From: Chloroflexota bacterium
GTDB taxonomy: Bacteria; Chloroflexota; Limnocylindria; QHBO01
NCBI GenBank assembly: GCA_003243965.1
Contig: QHBO01000012.1
Location: 75,107 to 139,106, forward strand
DNA: 64,000 nucleotides
Reading direction: 5' to 3'
Each line of letters begins with the position of its first letter. The stretch's first letter is position 1. The notes below the pieces were generated by a model. The model ran no database searches. It was given only the letters and a program-made list of their open reading frames with translations, and was not told where the DNA came from. A program made the position numbers and the translations under genes. Shown in pieces: positions 49,232-58,651 of this stretch.

Positions 49232-49990
49232 ATGGGGATGCTGTCCCGGGTCGAGACGTTCCTCGAGCGCCTTTTCGAGGCTCCCGCAGGGCGCATGGGG
49301 GCGACCCTTCAACCGGTCTCGATCGCGCGCCGCCTCGAGCGGGCGATGGACAGCAACAAGTCGTTCCAGGACGACGGCGTGGTGGTGCCCAACCAGTACG
49401 AGGTGCACCTCAGCCCGCCGGACTACCAGCGCTTCGCCCCCCGCCGAGGGTCGCTCGAAGACGACCTAGCGCATGGGCTGCTGGCGCGGACCCGGCACGA
49501 GCGGTACATCCTCGTCGCGCGGCCCCGCGTCCAGATCGTGTCGGACCCGGCTGTGCGCCGCGGCGACGCGCGGATCGCGGCCAATGTCGTCGACGAGGAG
49601 GGAGGGCGGCTGCGAGCCGACGTGCCGATGCCCGGGATGAGCGACACGATGATCTTCGCCCCCGTTCGGGGCGACGAGCAGCCTCCCGACTCGGCGATGC
49701 GAGCGTATCTGCTGGTGCGGACCGATGGCGGCTCGCCGGTCCAGTTCGATCTTGGCGGCCCGCTGATCACCATCGGGCGGGCCAGCGATAACGATGTCAT
49801 CGTCGACGACGTGCAGGTCAGCCGGCACCATTGCCAGCTGAAGCTCCAGCACGGCGCCTACAGTTTTGCCGATCTCGGCAGCCGGAATGGCTCGCTGGTC
49901 AATGGCCAGCCGGTGAGCGAGATCGCGCTGGGACCGGGAGACGTGATCCGCATCGGAGGGACGGTGATCGACTTCCAGGTGCGCGGATGA
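49232..49990 (+). CDS. fhaA: FhaA-like protein (DUF3662 N domain plus C-terminal FHA domain)
   Basis: N-terminal MGMLSRVETFLERLFE (DUF3662-like). C-terminal FHA domain (IGRASDNDVIVDD..VSRHHCQL...GSRNGSLVNG). Confidence 0.75.
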   Translation: MGMLSRVETFLERLFEAPAGRMGATLQPVSIARRLERAMDSNKSFQDDGVVVPNQYEVHLSPPDYQRFAPRRGSLEDDLAHGLLARTRHERYILVARPRVQIVSDPAVRRGDARIAANVVDEEGGRLRADVPMPGMSDTMIFAPVRGDEQPPDSAMRAYLLVRTDGGSPVQFDLGGPLITIGRASDNDVIVDDVQVSRHHCQLKLQHGAYSFADLGSRNGSLVNGQPVSEIALGPGDVIRIGGTVIDFQVRG

Positions 49991-50430
49991 CCGGGGATGC
50001 GCTCCGGATTCTGCTGCTCGGCGCCCAGCTCGGTTTCCTGCTTCTCCTGTACCTGATCCTCTTTGGTTTCGCTCGCTCGCTGGTGCGCGACCTGCGCAGC
50101 GCCGAGCATGCACAGCTCGCCTCGCGCACGGGGATCGGCCGCCTCGCCGTGCTGGAGTCGCCGGAGGACGAGCCGCCCCAAGGGCGGACCATCTCCCTCG
50201 GCCCGATCAACTCCATCGGCCGCAACGTGAACAACACGATCTACGTGGAGGACGAGTTCGCGAGCGCGAACCACGCGATGCTGACCTTTCGCGGTCGCTC
50301 GTGGTTCGTCGAGGACCAGGGAAGCACCAACGGGACCCTGGTCAACGGTCACCGCATCGACCGACCGGTCGCGCTGTCGTATGGCGACGAGATCTCAGTC
50401 GGCCGGGTCCGCATGCGGCTGGAGCGCTAG
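49987..50430 (+). CDS. fhaB: FhaB-like membrane-anchored FHA-domain protein
   Basis: Transmembrane helix LLLGAQLGFLLLLYLILFGF, then an FHA domain (IGRNVNNTIYVEDEFASANHAML...GSTNGTLVNG). ATGA overlap with fhaA. Confidence 0.7.
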   Translation: MTGDALRILLLGAQLGFLLLLYLILFGFARSLVRDLRSAEHAQLASRTGIGRLAVLESPEDEPPQGRTISLGPINSIGRNVNNTIYVEDEFASANHAMLTFRGRSWFVEDQGSTNGTLVNGHRIDRPVALSYGDEISVGRVRMRLER

Positions 50431-50437
50431 CCGACCG

Positions 50438-51757
50438 ATGCGCCTGGCCTGGCGGGGGACCGAGCTCTGGCTGCTGCTGCCCCTGCTGCTGCTGGTGCCG
50501 CTCGGGTTTGTGATCACCCATGTCGCCGAGTCGCAGGTGCTCGAGCCAGGGCCGCTGGGCCTGGCCACGGCCTACGTCGCACTCGTGCTCGCAGCGCATC
50601 TGGTGTTGGTGCTCTCCGGCCACCGCGGCGATCAGCTGTTGCTGCCGCTGGTCGCCACCATCGGCGCGATCGGGATCGTGATGCTCAACCGTCTGCCGGG
50701 CGGCACCTCGCTGCTCGGGCTGAACATTGGTCTGGCGGTGACCCAGGTGGCGTGGTTCGGGATCGGGCTGATCGCCATGCTGGCGGTCGCCATCGGCTTC
50801 CGCGATGACGGCCTGCTGCGCCACTACAAGTACACCTGGGCCGCGGGCGGAGTGGCGCTGCTGGTGTTCACCATCCTGTTCGGCACGGAGATCAATGGGG
50901 CGCGGCTGTGGATCTACATCGGGCCGATCGGCTTTCAGCCGGGCGAGTTCATCAAGATCGTACTGGTCATCTTCATCGCCGGCTACCTCGCGGAGAATCG
51001 CGCGCTCCTCGCCGGGGCGAGCTACCGGATCGGCCCGATCTCGGTGCCGCCGCTGCCCTACCTGCTCCCGATGCTCGCCATCTTCTTCGGCGTGATGCTG
51101 GTCGTGGCAGTCAGCAACGACCTGGGAACGGCGCTGCTGTTCTTCGGCATCTTCCTGACGATGCTCTTCGTCGCCACCGGCCGGCGGAGCTACGTGCTGA
51201 TCGGCCTGCTCCTGTTCGTCACCGGCTCGTACGTGGCATATCGGCTCTTCGCTCACGTGCGGCTCCGCGTCGACGTGTGGCTCGACCCGTTCGCCGATCC
51301 AAGCGGCGCGGGCTACCAGATCGTCCACGCGCTGTATGCGTTCGGCCGCGGAGGACTCTTCGGTGACGGGCTGGGGCGCGGCCTGCTGCCGACCGTGCCG
51401 GGCTTCTTCGCGATCCAGACTGACTTCATCTTCACCGCGATCGCCGAAGAGCTCGGGCTGGTCGGGGCGTTCGCGCTGCTGGCGTTCGCGGTGTTCCTGG
51501 TGTTCCGTGGTCTACGGGTCGCGGTGCTCGCCCGGGACGAGTTCAGCAGCCTGCTCGCCGTCGGGCTGACCACCAGCATCGGGCTGCAGACCCTGATCAT
51601 CGTGGCGGGCAACGCCAAGCTGATTCCGCTCACCGGCATCACGTTTCCGTTCCTGTCGTACGGTGGCTCGAGCATCCTGGCCAGCTTCCTGATCATCGGT
51701 CTGTTGCTCTCGATCAGCCACCGCGCGGCCGCTGAAGGCGACCAGGTGCCGCGGTGA
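50438..51757 (+). CDS. rodA: SEDS-family peptidoglycan glycosyltransferase (RodA/FtsW)
   Basis: 439 aa with about 10 transmembrane segments and SEDS motifs (GAQRWI-like GARLWIYIGPIGFQPGEF, IFTAIAEELG). Confidence 0.8.
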   Translation: MRLAWRGTELWLLLPLLLLVPLGFVITHVAESQVLEPGPLGLATAYVALVLAAHLVLVLSGHRGDQLLLPLVATIGAIGIVMLNRLPGGTSLLGLNIGLAVTQVAWFGIGLIAMLAVAIGFRDDGLLRHYKYTWAAGGVALLVFTILFGTEINGARLWIYIGPIGFQPGEFIKIVLVIFIAGYLAENRALLAGASYRIGPISVPPLPYLLPMLAIFFGVMLVVAVSNDLGTALLFFGIFLTMLFVATGRRSYVLIGLLLFVTGSYVAYRLFAHVRLRVDVWLDPFADPSGAGYQIVHALYAFGRGGLFGDGLGRGLLPTVPGFFAIQTDFIFTAIAEELGLVGAFALLAFAVFLVFRGLRVAVLARDEFSSLLAVGLTTSIGLQTLIIVAGNAKLIPLTGITFPFLSYGGSSILASFLIIGLLLSISHRAAAEGDQVPR

Positions 51758-53304
51758 TCGTCACCAACGCGCGCCGGCTCGGCCTCTACCTCCTGCTCAG
51801 CTTTGCCCTTGTCTCGGGCGGCCTTGCGTACTGGCAGGTGGTCGATGCGCAGCAGCTCGCCAGCCGGCCGGACAACCCAGAGGTCATCGCGGCGCGCAGA
51901 AGCGCTCCTCGCGGCTCGATCTTCGATGCCACCGGAAAGCTGCTGGCATCGACGGCCATCAGCGCCGGCCTCGCGCGTCGGACCTACACCGACGCCGCGT
52001 TCACCCACCTCCTCGGCTACGCCAGCCTACGCTTCGGGGCGACCGGATTGGAGCAGGCATTCGACGACGTGCTGAGCGGACGCAGCGACCCGAACCCGCT
52101 GCGCGACATCCTCGACAAGGCGCTGTCCCGCCCGCCGGAGCCCAAGGACCTGAGCCTCACCCTTGACCAGAGGCTCCAGGACTTCGTCGCCAAGCAGCTC
52201 GGAGCCTCGGTCGGTGCGATCGTGGCGCTCGACCCGAGGACCGGTGCCCTCCTGGCCATGACCTCGACACCGACGTTCGACGCGACACCGATCTCGGGGG
52301 ACCCAAACAGCGCCGGCGGCGCGATGACACGCCTCCAGTCCGCGGCGGACAGGCCACTGATCGACCGCGCCCGGCAGGGCTCCTACACGCCGGGGTCGGT
52401 GATGAAGGTCTTCACCGCTGCCGCGGCGCTCGACGCCGGAGCCATCACGCCGGAGACGACCTTCCCCGACCAGCCGAAAGAGGAGACCCAGGGCTTCACG
52501 GTGCAGGGCTTTCGGATCACCGAGCACGACCTCGGGCAGGGAGTGCAGCCTGCGCTTTGGCCGCTTTCGCCCGCAATGCAGGTGAGCAGCAACATCTTCT
52601 TTGCCCATGTCGGCCTGAAGCTGGGTGCCGAGCGTTTCCTGGAGTACGCGCGCCGCTTCGGGTTCTGCGCGCCGCTCCAGATCGGTGATTCGCCCAACGC
52701 GCTTCCGGTTGGAACGTCCTACGTCACCGCGCGAGCCTCCGGCGGGGGCTGCACGCCCTTCGCCGATGACGTCGAGCTGGCCTCGGCGTCGTTCGGACAG
52801 GCGCAGGTACATGTGACGCCGCTGCAGATGGCGCTCGTGGCGGCCACCATCGCCAACGGCGGTGTGATGCCGCACCCGTACGCGGTGGCCGATGTGCGGG
52901 CCCATGCCGCCGGTGCCCAGCGCAGCGATGCGGTCGTCCAGCGCTACAGCGGCGGTGGAGGCAGCCAGCTGGTCGGCGGACAGGTCGCCGACGAGGTTCG
53001 GAAGGCGATGGTCGACGCGGTGCAGGCGCCGCTCGGGAGCCTGTATGCGGGCGCCGCAGCGGTTCGCCTGTACGGGGTCAGCGGGGTCGACACCGCGGGG
53101 AAGACCGGTACCGCGCAGCGTGGCGGCAACCTCGCGCCCCACTCGTGGTTCATCGGCTTCGCCCCCGCGCAGGGCGGCGGCACGCCGTCGATCGCCGTCG
53201 CGGTCCTGATCGAGGGAGGCGGGCCAGGCTCGGGCAATGCCGCGCCGATCGGCGGGAGGGTGATGGCGGAGTGGCTGCGACTGCAGAGCGCGTCGGGCGG
53301 TTGA
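51754..53304 (+). CDS. pbpA: Class B penicillin-binding protein (PBP2/PbpA-like transpeptidase)
   Basis: SxxK (GSVMK), SxN (SSN) and KTGT motifs. N-terminal signal-anchor. Overlaps rodA by 4 nt. Confidence 0.85.
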   Translation: MIVTNARRLGLYLLLSFALVSGGLAYWQVVDAQQLASRPDNPEVIAARRSAPRGSIFDATGKLLASTAISAGLARRTYTDAAFTHLLGYASLRFGATGLEQAFDDVLSGRSDPNPLRDILDKALSRPPEPKDLSLTLDQRLQDFVAKQLGASVGAIVALDPRTGALLAMTSTPTFDATPISGDPNSAGGAMTRLQSAADRPLIDRARQGSYTPGSVMKVFTAAAALDAGAITPETTFPDQPKEETQGFTVQGFRITEHDLGQGVQPALWPLSPAMQVSSNIFFAHVGLKLGAERFLEYARRFGFCAPLQIGDSPNALPVGTSYVTARASGGGCTPFADDVELASASFGQAQVHVTPLQMALVAATIANGGVMPHPYAVADVRAHAAGAQRSDAVVQRYSGGGGSQLVGGQVADEVRKAMVDAVQAPLGSLYAGAAAVRLYGVSGVDTAGKTGTAQRGGNLAPHSWFIGFAPAQGGGTPSIAVAVLIEGGGPGSGNAAPIGGRVMAEWLRLQSASGG

Positions 53305-53419
53305 TGTGGTCTTAAGTGGCGCGCGAACCGTCTGTAACGTGGTGGGGTATTGTCCATAGACGAATCGGCGCGTCGGCTGCCGCCCAACCCCGAGCACTGA
53401 CCTTGAGGAAGTTCCGACC

Positions 53420-54379
53420 GTGAAGAACGTCCAGGAATCGGCGGAGCGCGTCGTCGCGAACGTCGAGCGCGTGATCGTCGGCAAGCACGCCGAAGTCCGA
53501 ACGGCGCTCGTGGCGCTGCTGTGTGAGGGGCACATCCTGATCGAGGACGTCCCCGGCGTCGGCAAGACAATGCTCGCCAAGGCCCTCAGTCGCAGTATCG
53601 GCTGCACGTTCCGCCGCATCCAGTTCACGCCCGACCTGCTGCCGTCGGACGTCACCGGCCTCTCGATCTTCAATCAGAAGGTCCAGGAGTTCGAGTTCCG
53701 GCCCGGGCCGATCATGGCCCAGGTGGTACTCGCCGACGAGATCAATCGCGCGACGCCTAAGACGCAGAGCGCGCTGCTCGAATGCATGGAGGAGCGCCAG
53801 GCCACGATCGACGGGGTGAGCTACGCGATGCCGAGCCCCTTCCTGGTGATCGCCACCCAGAACCCGATTGAGTACGAGGGCACCTTTGCCCTCCCGGAGG
53901 CGCAGCTCGATCGGTTCATGCTTCGCCTGCGCCTGGGCTACCCCAAGCCGATGGAGGAGCTGGTCATCCTGGACGAGCAGAAGCGCCTGCACCCGATCGA
54001 CAGCATCGCCCAGGTGCTCGGTGTCGAGGAGCTTCGGCTGATGCAGACCGCCGTCAAGGAGGTCTATGTCGACCAGGCAGTCGCGGAGTACATCGTCCGG
54101 CTGGTGACGGCCACGCGGGAGCATCCCGACGTCTACCTCGGGGCCTCGCCCCGCGGCTCGATCAACCTGTACCGCGCCTCTCAGGCGCTGGCCGCCCTCG
54201 ATGGTCGCGACTACGTCATTCCCGACGACGTCAAGACACTGGCGGTCGCCGTCCTGGCGCACCGGCTGATCGTCAAGAGCCAGGCGTCGCTGCGGGAGAT
54301 TGATCCGGACGCCATCGTGCGCGAGGTGCTGGCCGGAGTGCCGGTCCTCGAGCCCGCCGCTGCCAGACCATCGGCCTGA
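53420..54379 (+). CDS. MoxR-family AAA+ ATPase
   Basis: Walker A GVPGVGKT, Walker [10 protein letters not shown], and the MoxR-specific C-terminal lid. GTG start. Confidence 0.85.
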   Translation: MKNVQESAERVVANVERVIVGKHAEVRTALVALLCEGHILIEDVPGVGKTMLAKALSRSIGCTFRRIQFTPDLLPSDVTGLSIFNQKVQEFEFRPGPIMAQVVLADEINRATPKTQSALLECMEERQATIDGVSYAMPSPFLVIATQNPIEYEGTFALPEAQLDRFMLRLRLGYPKPMEELVILDEQKRLHPIDSIAQVLGVEELRLMQTAVKEVYVDQAVAEYIVRLVTATREHPDVYLGASPRGSINLYRASQALAALDGRDYVIPDDVKTLAVAVLAHRLIVKSQASLREIDPDAIVREVLAGVPVLEPAAARPSA

Positions 54380-54401
54380 TCGCCACCAGAGCGAACGCGC
54401 A

Positions 54402-55631
54402 GTGCTCGCACTTCTCCGCCAACTCCGCTTCGTCTTCCTCGGCACCGTGCTGGTGGTGGCGGCCTTCAGCACCGGCATCAGCTTCCTGTTCTTCCTCGTC
54501 TACCTCCTCGCGGCGCTGGTCCTCGGATCCTGGCTCTACGCCCGCCGCGGCCTGCGCGGCCTGCGCGCCGGGTACCACATCCTCAACCCGCGGGCCCAGG
54601 TCGGCGACGTGCTGGAAGGGGTCTATCGCATCGACAACGCGACCCGCTGGGCCAAGCCGTGGGTCGAGCTCTGGAACGAGTCGACACTTCCGGCGCCGCT
54701 GCCCGGACGGGCGATCGGCGTGCGCCCCCTGGGGAGTCGCCAGTGGCTGGCGAAGGTGGGTCTCACCCGGCGCGGCACGTACCGGCTCGGGCCGCTGCGC
54801 GTCCGCACCGGCGATCCGTTCGGGCTGTTCACGTCGGAGATGGTGGTCGGTCAGCCGACCGGGGTGGTGGTCTTTCCCAAGGTCCACCCGCTGCCGCACT
54901 GGCGCCTCCCGCCTTCCCCGGTCGACGGGACGATGCAGAGCCGTCGGCGCTTCGACGCCTCGTCGCCGCTGGTCAGCACCATCCGTCCCTACGTCCACGG
55001 CGACGCGATCAACAAGATTCACTGGCTGTCGAGCGTTCGCCACAACGAGCTGCATGTGAAGGAGTTCGACCTCGAGCAGACGGCCGACCTGTGGATCACC
55101 CTCGATCTCGAGCGTGGCAGCCATGCCGGTGCAGGAGATCGCGCCTCGGTCGAGGCAGCCGTCAGCGCCGCCGCCTCGATCGCGGTCCACACGCTCGGGG
55201 AGAATCGCGCGGTGGGCCTCACCGCGTCGTCTCGGCGTATGCAGGTGCTGACGCCCGACCGCGGTCACCGGGTTGAGCAGAAGATCCTGCACCTGATGGC
55301 CAACGTGCAGGCCGATGGCTCGCAGCCGCTCGCCGAGGTGGTGGTCGGGACCCTCCCACAGCTCCGGCGGGGAATGACCCTGTGCCTGATCACCGGCTCG
55401 ACCGAGCGGGACTGGGTCCGGGCTCTCGCCTCCCTGCGCCGGCGGGGAATCGGCACCGTGGTGGTTCTGGTCGATCGCGCCTCGTTCGTGGAGCGCGAGG
55501 ACGAGGACAGTCGTGCCGAGCTGGCGGCGGTGCGCCACGCACTTGCCGAATACGACATTGCTCACCACGTGGTTGCCGCGGGCGACGACCTCGGCGAAGC
55601 GCTGGGCGGAAGGCAGGCCGTGCGTGTCTAG
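54402..55631 (+). CDS. DUF58 family protein (MoxR partner)
   Basis: N-terminal two transmembrane segments, then a DUF58 core (IRPYVHGDAINKIHW). Confidence 0.75.
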   Translation: MLALLRQLRFVFLGTVLVVAAFSTGISFLFFLVYLLAALVLGSWLYARRGLRGLRAGYHILNPRAQVGDVLEGVYRIDNATRWAKPWVELWNESTLPAPLPGRAIGVRPLGSRQWLAKVGLTRRGTYRLGPLRVRTGDPFGLFTSEMVVGQPTGVVVFPKVHPLPHWRLPPSPVDGTMQSRRRFDASSPLVSTIRPYVHGDAINKIHWLSSVRHNELHVKEFDLEQTADLWITLDLERGSHAGAGDRASVEAAVSAAASIAVHTLGENRAVGLTASSRRMQVLTPDRGHRVEQKILHLMANVQADGSQPLAEVVVGTLPQLRRGMTLCLITGSTERDWVRALASLRRRGIGTVVVLVDRASFVEREDEDSRAELAAVRHALAEYDIAHHVVAAGDDLGEALGGRQAVRV

Positions 55632-57933
55632 CGTCCGCGAGCGCTTCCTGCAGCCGCGAGAGGGCCTGCTGAGCCTCGGCCTGTTGGCGGTCATGCTGGT
55701 CTCCCTGACCTGGGCCGTCCAGTCCGCGGGGTGGCTGGAGAAGCTCGACTTCCTGCTCCCGGTAGCGCTGGTCGGGGCGCTGCTGGGTGCGATCCTGGGC
55801 CTCTCAACGCTGCGGGTGGTGCTGACGCTGCCGATCGGGGCGGTCGCTGGCGCGACCCTGGTGATCTGGACCGTCGGCGGTGAGTACCTCGCCAACCAGA
55901 GCCAGCTCAGCCGGCTGGTCGGGCTCCACGAGGACCTGGTCACCTGGCTGGCGGTCGTCGCGCGCCGCGGGTATCCGACCCAGCTCAGTCCCTACGCACT
56001 CGGGCTCGGCGTGGTGATGTTCGCCATCGCCTTCATGGCCGCATACGCCCTGTATCGGCACCACCGGGCACTCGATGCGATCCTGCTGGTGGGCGCGGCG
56101 CTGATCGCCAACATGTCGGCCACCTTCGCCGATCTGTTCGGCTACCTGGTGATCTTCGTGCTTGCCGCCCTGCTGCTCTGGCTGCGTGCCGCGCTGATCA
56201 CGCGCCAGGAGGGCTGGACCTCGCGCCGGGTGAACGAGAACCAGGAGGTGCCCGCCTCGATCATGCGCAGCGGCGTGATGTTCATCGGGGTCAGCATCAT
56301 CCTCGCCTGGGTGCTGACCAGTGTCGCGGTGGCAGCTCCGCTGACCGTCGTGTGGCGCAACCTCGACACCGTCTGGTCCGATGTCCGAGATCGGTTCGAT
56401 GGGGTCTTCGGCAATCTCACCAATCCAAAGTCACGGATCAGCGGGACATCGTTCGGGTCGAAGTTCACCGTTTCGGGGACCTGGTTCAGCAACAACGACC
56501 CGGTGATGACGGTGGGCTCGACGCGCGCGTACTACCTCCGGACAGTGACCTACGACGTCTATACCGGCCACGGTTGGGACAGCACGCCGGGGCGAGAGCG
56601 GCAGGTCGACAGCGCGCGTCCGGTCTTCCCCGGCGTGTCGCCCGAGCGACCGGTGGTGGGGCAGGCCTTCGACCTCGAGACGATCACCGTGCGCTTCGAC
56701 CATGCCATCGGACCGAACCTGTACACGCCGGGTTTCCCGACCAAGTTCTTCGCGCCCGTGCTCGTCACCGAGCCCGGCGGTCGCCCGATGCTCGGTCGGG
56801 TGAAGGCTGCCAATGGGCTCGGCGACGGCGAGGGGTACTCGGTCACCGCGGCGATCTCGAAGGCGACGGAGGCACAGCTGGCGCACGCCGGGCAGGCCTA
56901 TCCGGCGGACATCCAACGGCTGTACCTGGACACCGAGGGTGTCACCGATCGGACCCGCCGCCTCGCGCGCCAGATCGCGGACCTCGCCGGCGCGACCGAT
57001 GCGTACCATCAGGCGAGGGCGCTTGCGACCTTCCTGAGCAGTGACCCGAGCTTCCGGTACGCCACCTCGGTGCCCAGCCCGGACCCGAGCCGAGACCTGG
57101 TCGACCAATTCCTGTTCGACCCCAACATCGGTCGCGAAGGCTATTGCCAGTACTACGCGTCCGCGATGGTGATGATGGCGCGCTCGCTCGGGCTGCCGGC
57201 CAGAATGGCGGTCGGCTTCGCCCCAGGTGAGCGTCTGAGGGAGAACCAGTACCAGTACCGTGAGTCGAATGCGCACGCCTGGGCCGAGATCTACTTCCCC
57301 GGCTACGGGTGGCAGATCTTCGAGGCGACGAAGTCGATCAACCCGCAGTTCGCGCGGCTCACCGGCGACGCCACCAGGCTGCCGCCTCCGGTCAACGGCA
57401 CCGAAGACCGCAAAGGTCCGTTCGACGCGAACATCGACTCGCCGTCCAAGCTCTCGACGCTGCCCTCGATGCGACCGATTCCGGGCGGTATCCAGCCTGG
57501 GCAGCAGGATTCCGGCACAGCCGGCGATCCCCGCACCGGAAACGGCTGGATCTTCCTCATCGTGCTGGCGGTCGGGGCGCTGGTGGTGGTCTGGCGACTC
57601 GGCCGCGCTGGACGCCGCATCGGCGTCATGCCACCGGTCGATCGACACTGGGCACGACTGCGACTCGCCGCCAGCCGGGCGGGCGTCGCGCAGCGCCCTT
57701 CGGAGACGTATTACGAGTACGCCGGATGGCTCGAGGAGCAGATCCCGTCACGCGCGCCCGAGATCCGGACCATCGCGGCCGCCAAGGTCTGGAAGAGCTA
57801 TTCGGGGAGGTCCATCGGCGACGAGGCCCTCGCCGGCATCGAACGCGCATGGCGCCGGCTGCGGCTGCCGCTCGTCTGGCTTGCCGCCCGGCGGCGTGCC
57901 CAGCGGCTCGCGCGACGCGATATCCGGCCCTGA
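55624..57933 (+). CDS. Transglutaminase-like membrane protein (DUF3488 / TGase core / DUF4129)
   Basis: Six N-terminal transmembrane segments. TGase Cys box GYCQYYASAMVMMARSLGLPARMAVGF. C-terminal transmembrane segment plus DUF4129-like tail. Confidence 0.8.
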   Translation: MSSVRERFLQPREGLLSLGLLAVMLVSLTWAVQSAGWLEKLDFLLPVALVGALLGAILGLSTLRVVLTLPIGAVAGATLVIWTVGGEYLANQSQLSRLVGLHEDLVTWLAVVARRGYPTQLSPYALGLGVVMFAIAFMAAYALYRHHRALDAILLVGAALIANMSATFADLFGYLVIFVLAALLLWLRAALITRQEGWTSRRVNENQEVPASIMRSGVMFIGVSIILAWVLTSVAVAAPLTVVWRNLDTVWSDVRDRFDGVFGNLTNPKSRISGTSFGSKFTVSGTWFSNNDPVMTVGSTRAYYLRTVTYDVYTGHGWDSTPGRERQVDSARPVFPGVSPERPVVGQAFDLETITVRFDHAIGPNLYTPGFPTKFFAPVLVTEPGGRPMLGRVKAANGLGDGEGYSVTAAISKATEAQLAHAGQAYPADIQRLYLDTEGVTDRTRRLARQIADLAGATDAYHQARALATFLSSDPSFRYATSVPSPDPSRDLVDQFLFDPNIGREGYCQYYASAMVMMARSLGLPARMAVGFAPGERLRENQYQYRESNAHAWAEIYFPGYGWQIFEATKSINPQFARLTGDATRLPPPVNGTEDRKGPFDANIDSPSKLSTLPSMRPIPGGIQPGQQDSGTAGDPRTGNGWIFLIVLAVGALVVVWRLGRAGRRIGVMPPVDRHWARLRLAASRAGVAQRPSETYYEYAGWLEEQIPSRAPEIRTIAAAKVWKSYSGRSIGDEALAGIERAWRRLRLPLVWLAARRRAQRLARRDIRP

Positions 57934-57967
57934 CCCGCCGGCCCTGACCCGCCGGCCCTGACCCGCC
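57926..57967. repeat. 3 x 14-bp perfect tandem repeat (GGCCCTGACCCGCC) spanning the transglutaminase stop codon
   Basis: Read directly. Each unit carries a TGA; because 14 is not divisible by 3, the three TGAs fall in all three reading frames. Confidence 0.9.
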
Positions 57968-57982
57968 GGCACCGGGGCTCGG

Positions 57983-58651
57983 TCACAGGGCGAGCGGCTC
58001 GCCCTCGCGCTCGTCGATGTGCAGGGGCTGCCTGCGCAGCAGATGCGCCATGTCATTCCACGTCCGCAGGCCCCAGCCCTCCTGGAGCCGCTCGAGAACC
58101 GAAAGCGAGGCGTTGTCCAGATCCAGGCCCCAGGCTTGGCGCAGTTGGAGGCCGAGCAGCTCGCGGGCGAGCAGGCGGAGCGTGCCGCCGTGTGACACAA
58201 GGCAGATCGGACCGCCGTCGAGCCCGGGTTCCAGCTCGGCGAGGCAGGCCAGGGCTCGTTCGCGGACGGCCTGCAGAGGCTCAGCCCCGGGGGGTTGATG
58301 GCCATCGGCCCGCGAGCGCCATGCGGCGTAGCGCTCGGCATCGTCGCGCTCGAGCTCGGCGTGCGTCCGTCCCTCCCAGTCCCCCTGTCCGATCTCCATC
58401 AGTCGCGGGTCGGTCGATAGCCGACCGCCGGTCAGTCCGCGGGCCAGGATCTCGGCGGTCTGGCGCGCCCGCGCGAGCGAGGAGCTGACGATGCGGGTTG
58501 GGCGCAGCGGGTCCCGGGCCAGGCGAGCGGCCAGAAGCGCGGCTTGGCGGCGTCCCTGTGCGTCGAGTGGCGGATCCGCGTGGCCCTGGAACCGGCCCTG
58601 CCGGTTCCAGTCGGTGATCCCGTGCCGCACCAGCAGCAGGAGACGGCTCAC
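57983..58651 (-). CDS. Histidine phosphatase (phosphoglycerate mutase family)
   Basis: LLLVRHGITDWN RHG motif and a second His in LVSHGGT. GTG start overlaps the aminotransferase stop (GTGA). Confidence 0.75.
   Translation of the reverse strand: MSRLLLLVRHGITDWNRQGRFQGHADPPLDAQGRRQAALLAARLARDPLRPTRIVSSSLARARQTAEILARGLTGGRLSTDPRLMEIGQGDWEGRTHAELERDDAERYAAWRSRADGHQPPGAEPLQAVRERALACLAELEPGLDGGPICLVSHGGTLRLLARELLGLQLRQAWGLDLDNASLSVLERLQEGWGLRTWNDMAHLLRRQPLHIDEREGEPLAL

Noticed and set aside
57926-57967. Possible CRISPR-like array
   Set aside because: Only three 14-bp units with no spacers and no cas genes. It is a simple tandem repeat.
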